Translations under genes and position numbers: made by a program
NCBI GenBank assembly: GCA_013239625.1
Contig: MU054187.1
Location: 23,002,795 to 23,066,794, forward strand
Reading direction: 5' to 3'
DNA length: 64,000 bases
Origin: Lama guanicoe
Lineage: Eukaryota
In this document: piece after piece, positions 39,200-51,204 of the stretch
Layout: each line of letters starts with the position of its first letter
Numbering within the stretch: position 1 is the first letter of the stretch
The notes under the pieces: generated by a model
Seen by the model: the letters and a program-made list of their open reading frames with translations, nothing else
What the model was told of the DNA's origin: nothing
Database searches by the model: none

Positions 39200-41000
39200 G
39201 CAACAGAAATTGGTTTTATTAACATAAATTATACATATTGTTCTTCCATTTTTCTTTCTTAGTGATACATGTAGAATGTCTTACCTTCTTTGTATATATG
39301 GGTCTAATATATTCCTTAGAAATTTCTAGTGTATGTATCATTGTATGGATGAACTGTAATTCATTTTGATACTCTTTTATGTCTGAAAATTGATTATTCA
39401 TGAAATTTTGCTTTGAAAAATGATCCTGATATAAGCACTCTTATAATTACATTCTATATACATTTATATTTCCACAGGCGCAACCTAGAAGTGGTTACTT
39501 AACTATACCACACGCACATCACTTAGCTATACTGCATGCACATTATAAATTTTGTATATCCTGCCAAATTTTATACAAAGGGGCACCGCCAAATTATACT
39601 CCACCAGCAGAGTATTCAAATCCCTGTTCCCCCACAGCAGCATGGAATACATAATTTTTTCAGACTACGCTCATCGGATACCTTAAAATGATTCTCATTA
39701 TCCCTGGATTACCAATTTGTGAACTTGCCTGCTCACTAAAAATTAATTTTTAACCCCAAATCAATACCCTTGTGCTTCCTGAAGACATGCTCAGAATAGT
39801 GAAAAATTTGAACCATGCAACATGCACTTTCCCAGCTGAGGAAAAATGAAAGAATTCTCAATTCTCATACTGCAAATAAGTATGATGTTTGTCATCTGTT
39901 TAGTGCCGCATTTTCCATATTCTGTGTTTGTTGGCGATTTTGCCGTTTATAATGGCATGGTGCTGAAGGGCCGTCTGGTGTTCCCAAGTGCAAGGAAGCA
40001 GTGATGTGCCTTAGAGAGGTAATAACTGAGTTAGATCAGCTTCCATCAGGCATGAGGTATAGTGCTGTTGGCTGTGAGTTCAATGTTAATGAATCAGTCA
40101 ATAGTATTCATTAAATAAGATGTCTTTAAACAGAAACACCCTTAAAACAATCTTATGTATTGATCAGTTGATGGAAATGTTGTGACTAGAGGTTTACAGA
40201 AATCTAACCTTGCGATCCTTTGGGGAATAATAGTTCAGTTTTTGTGGCAACTTTATAGAACATAAATACTGCGAATAATAAGAATCAACTGTATATCATT
40301 TTGATTTGCGTTTCCTTATGTATTAATGTCGTAAAACTTCTTTTATATATTTATTTGATATTTGCATTTCTCTATTACCGATTTATAGCTCTTGTTACTT
40401 TCATTACATTGCCCCTTTTCACCAATTCATATGTTTTCCTTATATTAGTAGTAACGGCAGTTTATCTGTTTTATATATTGGAAATATTCTCCCCAGTTCA
40501 TCCATTGTTGCTTTTCAGATATTTCAAACACCCCTTTTTATTAATGTGATGGAAGGTATCCCCTCCATTTACTTTATCGCTGGGCTTCTTGGCTTTGTGT
40601 CTAATGTGCTATATAGGTTTTTTTTTATTGTTTTTACTAGTTCTTTGAATTATTCAGAACTTCTTTTCATACAATGAAGGGATCATTTCTATCTCCAACA
40701 ATCATATATGGCTAATTGTCCTAACATTGTGTATTTAATAGCCCATTATTTTATCATTGGTTTTAGATGCAATTTTTTTTAAATCTGTTTTTTTTTGTCT
40801 GATTCTGAACTCATTTACTTGGTTTGTTGCTTTCTTATTGGAAATGGAAAGGTTATCATGCTGTTTTAATTACTCTTATTTGATAGTACAATTTTATATT
40901 TGTCAGGGCCACTTCTGTCCAACTTTTTTCCTTTTCTACATATTTTTATTTATTCTTGTGCATTACTTCTGCCAGAGCTGCAAACTTCATTTACCCTAGA
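39200..41000 (-). mobile_element. Very old L1 (L1ME-like) fragment interrupted by a MER82-like element
   Basis: Antisense L1 motifs ctgccaaatt...ttatactccaccagcagagtat and tatcattttgatttgcgtttccttat on either side of the insertion. Confidence 0.6.
39685..40291. mobile_element. MER82-like Tigger-family non-autonomous transposon
   Basis: Inverted termini tgattctcattat and ataataagaatcaactg followed by TA; ~0.6 kb; internal tgtgaacttgcctgctcactaaaa. Confidence 0.8.
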
Positions 41001-44000
41001 ATTGAGCAGGCAATGTTAATAATATCTGGATAAATCAGGGGAGTAAACTGTATAGAAGTGTTGGCATAATTCCTTCAGTGTACCCACTTTCCTAGTTGTG
41101 TGTATCACTTCATCTATCACCTTGATCCAATGCCATTATAAAGCCAAATCATTATTTGTTTTGTTAAGAGTGAAATCTGTGTGAAAAAAATCATATTCAA
41201 ACACTATTTTGCCTGTGCTGGGAAATACAGACGAAACATAACTTTGCCACAAAACCGAGTTTACCTCTATGGTTTATGTAGTTTACCAGACAGTTCATGA
41301 CAACAAACAACTTATCTCTGTCTGGACTAGTGTTGAAGGTATAGTGAAATTACATTTTACATTTATAGTCTTCAGAATTCCACGTAGATTTCCTTCCTTG
41401 TTTTGAAATATAGAATAACCTCATGAATTTACGTGTGGTCATGGCTTCAGTTATGCTATCATCATAAATTGATGATTGAGCTATAATCTTCAATATCCTC
41501 TAAGCTTTTAGATGCCAGTATCTTTACATTATGGTCTGCGTTATACCTGTGCTATAGGCAGACTCCTTTCTGCAAATATTCCCTTGTTATATCCCTGAAT
41601 TTGGAATATTTTTATATCTTCTTAAATATCTATTTCCTGGAGACATCTAAATATTATTATGTATGGATTTTGTTAGTTAAGCTTTTTAAGAATTAAACTT
41701 TTTTTTTTAAATTTCTGGAACTACCTTGTTTTATCCCTATGTGTTGACATATCCTGGGCACTCTTTTTTCAGAGAAAACAGACCTCCAGAGAAAGTAGAA
41801 ATCCCCTAGCTCTGTGTGAGTTTATTTGTGGGCCTGCTTTCTGATCTGTATCGAAAATGTAATACACACTTTCTATACCTGCTTGAGTTGAATGTAGTTA
41901 AAATGCATTAAGTGTACATTCTGATGATCCCTCTCAATTTTAAAAAAATGTTATTCAACATATTTTTACTCTCAACTGCATACATTTCCATAAAACTGCA
42001 GATTTCTTTACATAATCCATCTTTCTTTAAACCTGATTCCACCTCCCTCTATTGTATTTCAAGCATGCCTTTCATCACTCCAGGTCTCAGGGAGACATAT
42101 TCAGTTGTACATAATTCCTCTGTCTTGGAAATTTAAATTTACCATGTCACCCATGTCGGAACATGAAGTGGTAAACATATTTTGCCCAAAGGCTCCTACT
42201 TGCCTTTCTTAAAGTTTTTTCCCTATAACTTATTGGCCTTTAGCTCTATTGTTAATATCCCTTTAGACCAAGAATAGCAGTAAATCTAAAACAAGCTTTC
42301 AGATTTTACTGCTGGAACTTTCAAACACACCTAATCTCCTGCAAGGAGAAAATTGTTCCCTTAGTGGGATATTTTTTCTGCTTGTCAGATTGTTATTCTT
42401 CAATGATTAATTCTTTAATAAAATCGAGGGGATTCTTCCTCACCTAGAGGTTAAAGATACTAAAATCAAATTAGTTATTTCCATTTATTTGTTTATTATA
42501 ATGGAACAAATATATCTGTTCATTTTCTTTTCATGCCTCTGTTTAATTACTTCACTAGTGTAACCTGTGATGATTCAATAGACAAGTGCTATTTTTGTTA
42601 TTATTGGTGTTTCTTCTATGTATAAATATAATTCTTGGAAATTAAACAAACAAGGATTTTAAAGTAGCTGCCAGATATGCCCTGGTCCTAAGGATGCTAG
42701 GAGTAAGGAAGTCTGTGTCCTAAGGCAACATCAGCCTTAGGCACTTATGTGGGTGGGTGAAATGAGTTCAGAGTCACTTGTACACTCTTCCTGATACCCT
42801 TCCCAGCTGTCCTCAGTGCCTCCCATCTCTTCAATCTGTGAATTTTGTGAGAGACATTCACTTACTGAGATATAAACTTATCTAGAGGAATATAGTATGA
42901 TTCTGTGTTTTAGAGCTTTGACTCTGGAATGAGCCTGCTAGATTCCAAACCGTAGACCCACACTTACATTCTGGGCTCTCTTGGATAATTTATGAAGCCA
43001 CTTTATAGCTCCTGTGCCAAAGATTCAGTCATGGAAGGAAGAGTGTTATTTAAATATTTAACAATTTGTGGAGCCCAACCCTGATCCGTTGAGAAGAAAG
43101 CGCTCAGGGCAGGGTCTGGAAGGATCTCTGATGTTCCAGTCACCACGGATTTCGTAGTGGGAGATTGTAGAATGTGGGGCAGCTCAGGTGCTTGTGGACT
43201 GCCTCACAGGGTGCTTTAACAGTGATTATTCAAATCAGTTGGTGAGGAAACATTTCAATGTTGTCATTAGTTCAGCTGAACTGGAGAAACTATCACTGAC
43301 ATTCATTATTTACATCAAATCTTTTCCAGATACATTTTTTTCCAAAGGAGAAGAGCAATGATGTCAGAAAAGGCTAGAATGAAAGACATAATCAGATCCA
43401 TTGGAAGGTAGAAGAGAATTGGAGCCCCTAACGCATGAATGGTCTACTTCCAGACTAGTATTTGGTGGTCGTGGCACCAGTGACATCACCTTCTGTAGAT
43501 GGCCCCTGTGGCAAGATCCTGGTTTACCCTAACTTCTTTGTCTTTGCCTGATGTGATTCTCTGGGATGCTGAGGGGTTTTTATGAGCTACCGATTTCCCT
43601 TCCACTACAATGCTTTCCTGTTTAAGCTAAGATTTAATTTCTCTGGTTTAGAGCTGAGAACGCTGTTAGAGAATCTGGTACCAGGACTGGATTACTGGCA
43701 GTGATACACCCTAACATGTACCATTGATTTGCTCAAGGATTCTATCATTCCTGGGTAGAAAATTAATGCTTTTGCTATATTTGGTTAAATTATGAGTTGT
43801 TGTACATATGCAATAAGAGCAGTGTCTTCAGGGATTGTTAGGAAAGCATCAGGATGTTGCAATGTGCTGATGGATTAATTCTTAAGGCCATCAGATTATT
43901 TTTCAAGAAAAGACAAGCTGAAGCCTCTCTGGACACAAGGAATAAAGAAAAGACAGTTTTACAATAAACATTTCCCCCCATTGAGTTGTCATCCAAATTG

Positions 44001-44162
44001 ACTGAAATACTTATAATTTGATTATTTTTATTGTTGGCAAGTACACTGTAATCCAACTCAAATGTCTGAAATATGAGGCAGCAAGATAGACTCCTTAGAG
44101 GTTAAGATTAGATAAAAGATAAATCTGAACTCTGAAGCTTCTTTCAAGTACCTCTAGTTAAT

Positions 44163-44310
44163 CCAGTGGTTTCAACTTTGGCTGCACACTGCTTCTTAAA
44201 AAATTAATGATGCTTTGTTTCCAGCCCCTGAAATTCTTATTTAATTAAATTTTCTTAGAATATGATTTGAGCATCGTTTTTTTGAAAAAGTTCCCTAGGT
44301 AATTCTTGAA
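44163..44310. mobile_element. MER5-like hAT-Charlie element
   Basis: cagtggtttcaactttggctgcaca...aaaagttccctaggtaattct. Confidence 0.65.
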
Positions 44311-44929
44311 GAATAATCCTTTATCATTGAAGAAGTCTCTGGAATGTAGCCTGGAAGACAGAATCATATTCCAAGTTTTGATTTATCTCAGTTTGAATCT
44401 ATTAATTTGTGAACTACAGGGTGCTTAGTGCATAAAGGCTTGCTGTGAGGAAACATATTCCCCCATCCAAAAACTGCCCATAAATATAATTTTTGGGTGT
44501 GATTTCCAGCCAACTCAATAAACCTAAAACAAATACATTGGAAACTTACTGAGGTTTTAAAGGTAATTACATTGAAATAAAATAAGGCTTTTATGTTCTA
44601 TATTCTTATTCCTCTGACAATTAAATGAAATTTTGGATATAAATTATCAAGCACAATGCCTCACACAATGAAGGCCCTTGCTGAAGGAAAGTATTTTTTT
44701 TAAATTATTATTATTATCACTATTATTATTATTTATTTTTTTTCCTCCTCCTTCTCCAACTATGATTGAGGGGGGAAGGCCATGTGTTTACCAAGTAAAT
44801 CCAGTGAATAACTCGGCCACAATTTTCAGGTGTATTTTTTATATGCTCCAGCTCATGTGATTTGTGTTTTCACAGCTCTTTTGGGTCCCTGGATGCATTT
44901 CACCCAAGGGAAAATTTGTTGTCAATAGT

Positions 44930-45600
44930 GAGTAGGGCAAACGACCCGGTCTCTGAAAACCACCTGCTCAAACCCCCACGATATGATTCATTCACAGTAC
45001 AAATAGCACTATTTCAACTGTAAACGGTCATGATTTATTGGCTAGGTTTTTTTTGTTTTGTTTTGGTTTTTGTTTGTTTGTTTGTTTTGTTTGTAGTACA
45101 TAACTCAAATGTTCAGCTCAACCAAGGGCCTCATTAGGGAGTGGACTGCTGCCAGCTTTCTGGTGGTGGATCCAGTACAAAACCTCCAGCATCAGGGAGG
45201 GTATTTGATCAAGAGGGAGACAGGACAAGGCTCTGGTGGAAAGGTTTTATGTCAAGATGTAGAGATGAGTCTGGGAGAGGGTGGGGGCAGAGTAGCAAGC
45301 TTGAGAGAAACATTGTCAGAGTACGGAATGCATCCATCTCCTTTGATTCTGTTATAATATCGCACATGTATCTGGCATGTATTTAGCAATCATTTACTAA
45401 TGGTTTACTATTGCCTAAGACAAGGTTACAGGTTTTCTTACATTTTGATTTTTGTGAGGTACCTAAATGAGTAAACAACTGCATGGTTGCTGTTCTGAAA
45501 CACTAACACATGGGAGGAATAACGCAAGGGAGACATCACATGAGTTACTCATACTGTGTGTCTCTTGGAAATGCCATCCTTGAGATATGAGGATATATTT
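44930..45600 (-). mobile_element. Possible ERV LTR remnant containing a (GTTT/GTTTT)n tract
   Basis: GC-richer block with antisense tttatt near 45034 and an LTR-like composition; family not recognised. Confidence 0.35.
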
Positions 45601-46339
45601 GGCATGAAATGTGACTAACAGTATCAATGGCAGAAGGAAGAACTACAATTAATATTCTGACCAATGTGTGTCACTATTTCAGATACTCTGAAACAATTTC
45701 AGGTTCTACTATGATTCACATTAGAAATACTGGAATTGTTGACATCTGTTTCACCAGTGAAAATTTTAGCTCTGGTAAACACCAAGCATCTATTATCTGA
45801 CAATACTTGATGAGTATTTAGAGAGATTAATCCATTAGTGACAACATAAAATCCCTGCACATTTGCACCTTACTTTTAATATGTTTCTCTGTGGACGTTC
45901 TTTTAACATTCATCAAACTGCAAAAATGTTGAGAGCTGGTATCATTGGAAATATACCTTCTTTTAATTAAACAATCATAAAATCAAGAGGAATTTTAGAA
46001 GACCATTTTTTAATGACTTCTATCCAAATATGTCATCTAAACTCTTGATTCCAACTTTTGCTCAAGAATGGGAAACTTTTTTAATGTAAAATATTTTATA
46101 AACATCTATAATATAATATTATTATTATTAACTATCAATTGACCAAATGCCTAATAACAAAAAGCTACTATGAATTCAATAACAATTTCAGTGATTTTGT
46201 ATCAGAATAAATTCTTGAAGCTTTAAAAAAATTATCTAAAAATATACTCACTCACTAAGATAGTATTTAGTTTATATATGGATTTCCATGACACCAATGA
46301 CATCATCTTGGCTATACGTGGTCCACAGACCCAGACTGA

Positions 46340-48420
46340 GAAAGGGTATAAGTTAGATGTTTAAAACACCACCTAAGCCCTTTGTTGACCTCTCCCAGTT
46401 ATTTACAACACCTATCGAATTCTTCAGAGGTTATCAATATTCTCACTGGTGATTCTGTGGTGAAATTTTGCTCATTTTTAAGCTTTATATAAGAAAATAC
46501 AGGGCATAGTTTAGTATATGGCTTCTTTTGCTCAATATTGTGTTTACAAGATTCATTCGTGTTGTTCCTTAGATCAGTATTTTGTTTATTTTTATTGCTG
46601 AATGATATCCTCTTATACAATTTACTCTACTTTTTGAAATAAATTATATTGTTGATAGATATTGTTAAGGATATTGGTATTGTTTGTAATTTGGGTCTAT
46701 TATGAAAAAATACTCCTGTGAACATTCCAACATTCTAGTAAATGCCTTTTATTGCACATACTTTAAGTAGCCCTATTTCTTGGAATTAAAGTTTTAATCA
46801 TAGTTTATGCATATGTTCAATTTTAGCAAATACTGAGAAATAATCTTTTAAATTGCTATGTACAAATTTTCACCTTATCTATCAGTCTATAAGAGTTTTC
46901 ATTACTCCCAATCCTTGCCAACTCTTGGTATTTTCTGTCTTTTTCTTTTCAGCAATTTGGATAGGAAATAAAGTTATCTCTTTGTAGTTTCAGTTTGCAT
47001 AATGTTGAATAATAATAAGGTTAAGCAATGTTCAAATATATTCATTTGTGATTTGGATATTGTCTTTGGTATTCATTTCCTCATTTGAATATTGGCTGTC
47101 CCACATTTTTTATTGAATTATAGATTTTTCAGTAAATTATATATGTGAGAGATGTATGTATTGTGTATGTTCTTTTCCACTTCTTGGCTTAAATTTTCTA
47201 TTAATGAATGTCTTTTAATGTTTTAATTAGATGTGAAGTTTTTAATTTTTAATGCAGTTCAACTTGTCATTTTCCCCATGTAGAGTGTTATTTATATTCT
47301 TTCAAGAAAATTCTTGTCTCCCTCATATTCTTGAAGATGGTTTCCCACATTGTCTTGTAGGTATTTTTCTTTATTTTATCAACTTCCCCTTTCAGTTCTA
47401 TAATAGTCTTTAAAATTTTTGTTTCTTTTTAGTTTGAATTCCTGGTAATTATCTCTTCAAGTATTGCTTCTACTTCATTGTCTCTTTTCTTTGTGATATT
47501 ATAATTCTTTGTATGTTAGACGTTTTCATAAGTTTTTTCTCTGTATTTTATTTCCATGCTTCAAGCTGAGCATTTTCTTCTGAGCTGTCTCTAATTCATT
47601 AATCCCCTGTTTCTTATCTTATTAATCCCACCTATCAAGTCTTTAATTTATTTTATTGTTAGTTTTATAATTACCTTTTGATTTTTATTAGCAGATACTA
47701 GCTAACTACTAAAATTCCCTACACTAAGATGTATTTTCATAAACCAACGAATCAAAGTTACTATAAAGTCCTTATAAATTTTAACATCTAGATCACCTTT
47801 GTGAATCTCTATTTTTCTCTTTTTCTGTTTTATTTATATTGATCTTGTGTTCTGATAGCCTGGCAATACATGATTAAATCCTAATTACTGTGTAAAAATA
47901 ACGCAGGGATAATTTTCATGTCTGATGATCTTATCTTTCTCATAGACACATACTTTTGCATATTTCTGGCTTATCTTCTGAAATGCAGTATGGATACTGA
48001 TCTAATTTAAAGATGAGTTTGAGTTTTTTAAGGGCTGGTCTATTTCAGGTATGCCCTTACACCTTGAGTATAGCCTTCCAGGATCTGGTGTAATCAGGCT
48101 TCTTAATTGGCCCTGAGCTTCGCTTCTGCCCTTCCCTTCACCGTAAGACTGCCAAAGCTCGACATAGCCTCTCAGGCTCAAACACCAGTTTTGCCTGATT
48201 CTCAGCCTCTAGGCTTTCCCTTGCTTAGCAAACAGCAGATATCAGGAAAGAAAAAATGGCACCAAGAGACCATCTTATTTTAGCATTTTCCCTTCTCCTT
48301 GAGGTTTTCTCCCCTCAAATCTTGGTTGTCTTGGTAATTTTTCTGATGCCTCCAAAAAGATTTAATGTGTTTTACTCAGCTCTTCTAGTTGTTTCTGTTG
48401 GTCTGACACAAGCTAATCCA
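46340..48420 (-). mobile_element. Degenerate antisense L1ME/HAL1-type fragments
   Basis: T-rich antisense L1 3' motifs (ggcttcttttgctcaatattgtgtt...agattcattcgtgttgtt; tccttgccaactcttggtatt). Confidence 0.65.
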
Positions 48421-50108
48421 TCATTAAACAAAAGCAAAGTTCCAAATATAACATATTTTTGATAGATTTGCAATGGCTTTTTCTATAAGAATCTGAAGAA
48501 ACAATAACTTTCCATTTACATGAGGTTACAACTGTCTTCTCTAACTAAATCACATCAATTAATTTTATTTTTTCTCATAAGGGATTGTTTCTAGTTAGCA
48601 CTGTCTTTGCCAGATCTCTTCCTGATTTACTCCCATTGGGAAATATAGGGCCCACTATTGACCATGCACTTTTAGTGAATCCCTTACTAATACAAAAATA
48701 ACAGAATTCTGACTCCTACTACTTATGCTTGAGATTGTTTAATTGAAATGCCTTTCTGAATCCTTTCCAAGGGCTTTGGGCTAGTCTTCTCTTTGTATTC
48801 TGCTTCCAGCATATTTATTATAGGATTTTTCATATTTTATTTTATTTATTTTAATTACTTATCTCTCTCTACCACTAGAGTTTATGGCTATCCAAGGTCA
48901 TAGCTATGTTTTATTCTTATTTCTGGCACATAGCTAAACCTAAACATGTTTACTGAATGAATAAATACCAGAATTTCTTACAGCTCCATGTCTAACTTGT
49001 GATTCACTAAAAGACCAATTCTTTTTCCTTCTGTAGCTAAGCTCAGGCATATGACAGGCAGGTTACTCTAGATTAAATATATTTTTATTTAATTCACACA
49101 TACTACAAAATTCTCATAAACATTGTACCATTACCAAAAGATGTTGGTCTATACCAATCAAATAAGTTGTTTTTAAAAATATATTAATAAACACAGAGTG
49201 AATAATAAGCCACTCACCAGAAGCTGATTTATTCAAGTTTTACTGATGAGAATTTACCAATAATTTTTTAGATTTCTCCTGACATGTCTCATATGTTCTT
49301 TTTCTCATTAGATACTTTTACATACATTTCTATAATAATTGTAATAAATCATCACTGTTTTCTGAATTCCCAGCAAGTTATGTGTACTGAAATATTCCCT
49401 GTAAATTAGTTGAATTTTTCCATTAATATAACCATAGCAGTAATGTGGTAAATGCTATCTTAATGACATTAAAATGCAATTTTTCCATAAATACTAAGAT
49501 GTGTGGCCACAAAGTAAGTAGAACTCTAAACAATAGTGTTCAAATAGTATGCAGTTTTCAGAAACAGATGGTTTTGATTGTATAGGAAAGGATTTGAGAC
49601 AAGTTTTTTTGTTTCTCTCTCATTATTCCAATTGAATGAAATTTTGTGAGAATTACTTCAACATTCACTAATGCTTTTTGGGCATAAATCCACTGAATTA
49701 ATTAGAGGTAACTTCAATGTCTTACATTTACAATACAAACATGTTCAGAAGGTTTAAATAACTTGAGATACTTTTTGAGTTTAAATTGAGATACCTATAG
49801 CCTTCATTTTGTCCACTTTGGCAAATTGGGAAAATGACATTTATATTCACTGTTTTCTTAAAAGTATAATGACTATTATCTTATAACTTCCCAGTTCCTC
49901 TGATATACCATGTTATTTTCTATGTGCTCCTTTTAAATATTAAAAGTAGGATGAAGTGACATCTGTGTTTAAAGAAAAATATAAGATGAACAAAAGCAAA
50001 ACAGTTCATACTGTATCAACATCACGTCTGGTCAATGAATATGACTAGGATTTTGCTCTCAAATGTTAGACAAAAGGGAAAGATGTGCCTAAAATGCACA
50101 AGTAAGTT

Positions 50109-50260
50109 TGTTACCAAGTCCAAACTTGTTCTGCTAACTGCAGGACAGACCAATAAATCAGGAGATGGGGTGCTGGGGCAAGGAATGATGAGAAGCCTTC
50201 CGGCAGGCTGAGAAGATGGGGGACTCATGTCCTAGAGAGTCATTTACCCAAGTCAGAATG
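50109..50260 (-). mobile_element. Truncated ERV LTR end
   Basis: tgttaccaagtccaaacttgttctgctaactgcaggacagaccaataaatcaggagatggggtgctggggcaaggaa resembles a laurasiatherian ERV1 LTR terminus; similarity stops abruptly at ~50260. Confidence 0.6.
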
Positions 50261-50266
50261 TTGATG

Positions 50267-50396
50267 ACTAGTTGTTGCAGTTCTTGAAACTTCTCCTAGA
50301 GTCTAGCTATATATTGATAAAGGTTTCTTCTACTAGTTGTTGCAGTTCTTGAAACTTCTCCTAGAGTCTAGCTATATATTGATAAAGGTTTCTTCT
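50267..50396. repeat. Perfect direct tandem duplication, 2 x 65 bp
   Basis: actagttgttgcagttcttgaaacttctcctagagtctagctatatattgataaaggtttcttct at 50267-50331 and 50332-50396. Confidence 0.97.
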
Positions 50397-50821
50397 ATTT
50401 CTCCCCACTTCTGTTTAGTACAACAATTAATGGACATTCTATATTCCTGTCTAAATAACAAGAAATGAGAGTTCAGTTTCTCATCATGAGGATCACCATT
50501 TACGTAAACCTCCTGCTAAAAGAGCTGTAAAAAGCTACATGAAGTTGTTTTTTAAATGGATAATTGGGCATAAAAGAGTTTCAGTATTTTACATTATCTA
50601 GCATGTGGTTAACTGTAGTAGTATTTATTAAATTAGTAAGTCAAGAATAATATATATTTTCATCTCTAGGGCACAATTATTTTTTAAAAATAAGAAATAT
50701 ATAAGTATGAAACTAATAAAATAAATACACTAGAAATGGATAATACAAAAATAATTCAAATAAGACAAATGGAGAAGATTTAAAAATATAACCTGAGGGA
50801 AATAAATGGAAAGCAAATAGT

Positions 50822-50853
50822 AAAAAAGAAAAGAAAAGAAAAGAAAAGAAAAG
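50822..50853. repeat. (AAAAG)n microsatellite
   Basis: Read directly. Confidence 0.9.
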
Positions 50854-51204
50854 TCTGACTATATACTGGTTGCAAGAAACAGAAATAACATAGATACAAT
50901 GAAAGAAAAAATGTTAGAAAAAATCTATCAGGTGAACTGTAACAACAAAGTGCATACACAAAAATAAAGACAAAAATAACTTTCAGGAGAAAAACTTTAC
51001 TAAAGTTAAATTAAAACATTTTCTAATTATATATGTTCTCAGTAATGTATAACAATTAAAATTTGTGTATTGGTAACAATATAGTTTCAAATCAAATTTT
51101 AAAATTTGACAAAATAACTAAAAGAAACCCTCAAATCTATATAATTTTAGGATATAATATACCTCTTGAAATATAAGTAAAGTAAGGGGATAAAAATCAG
51201 CAAA

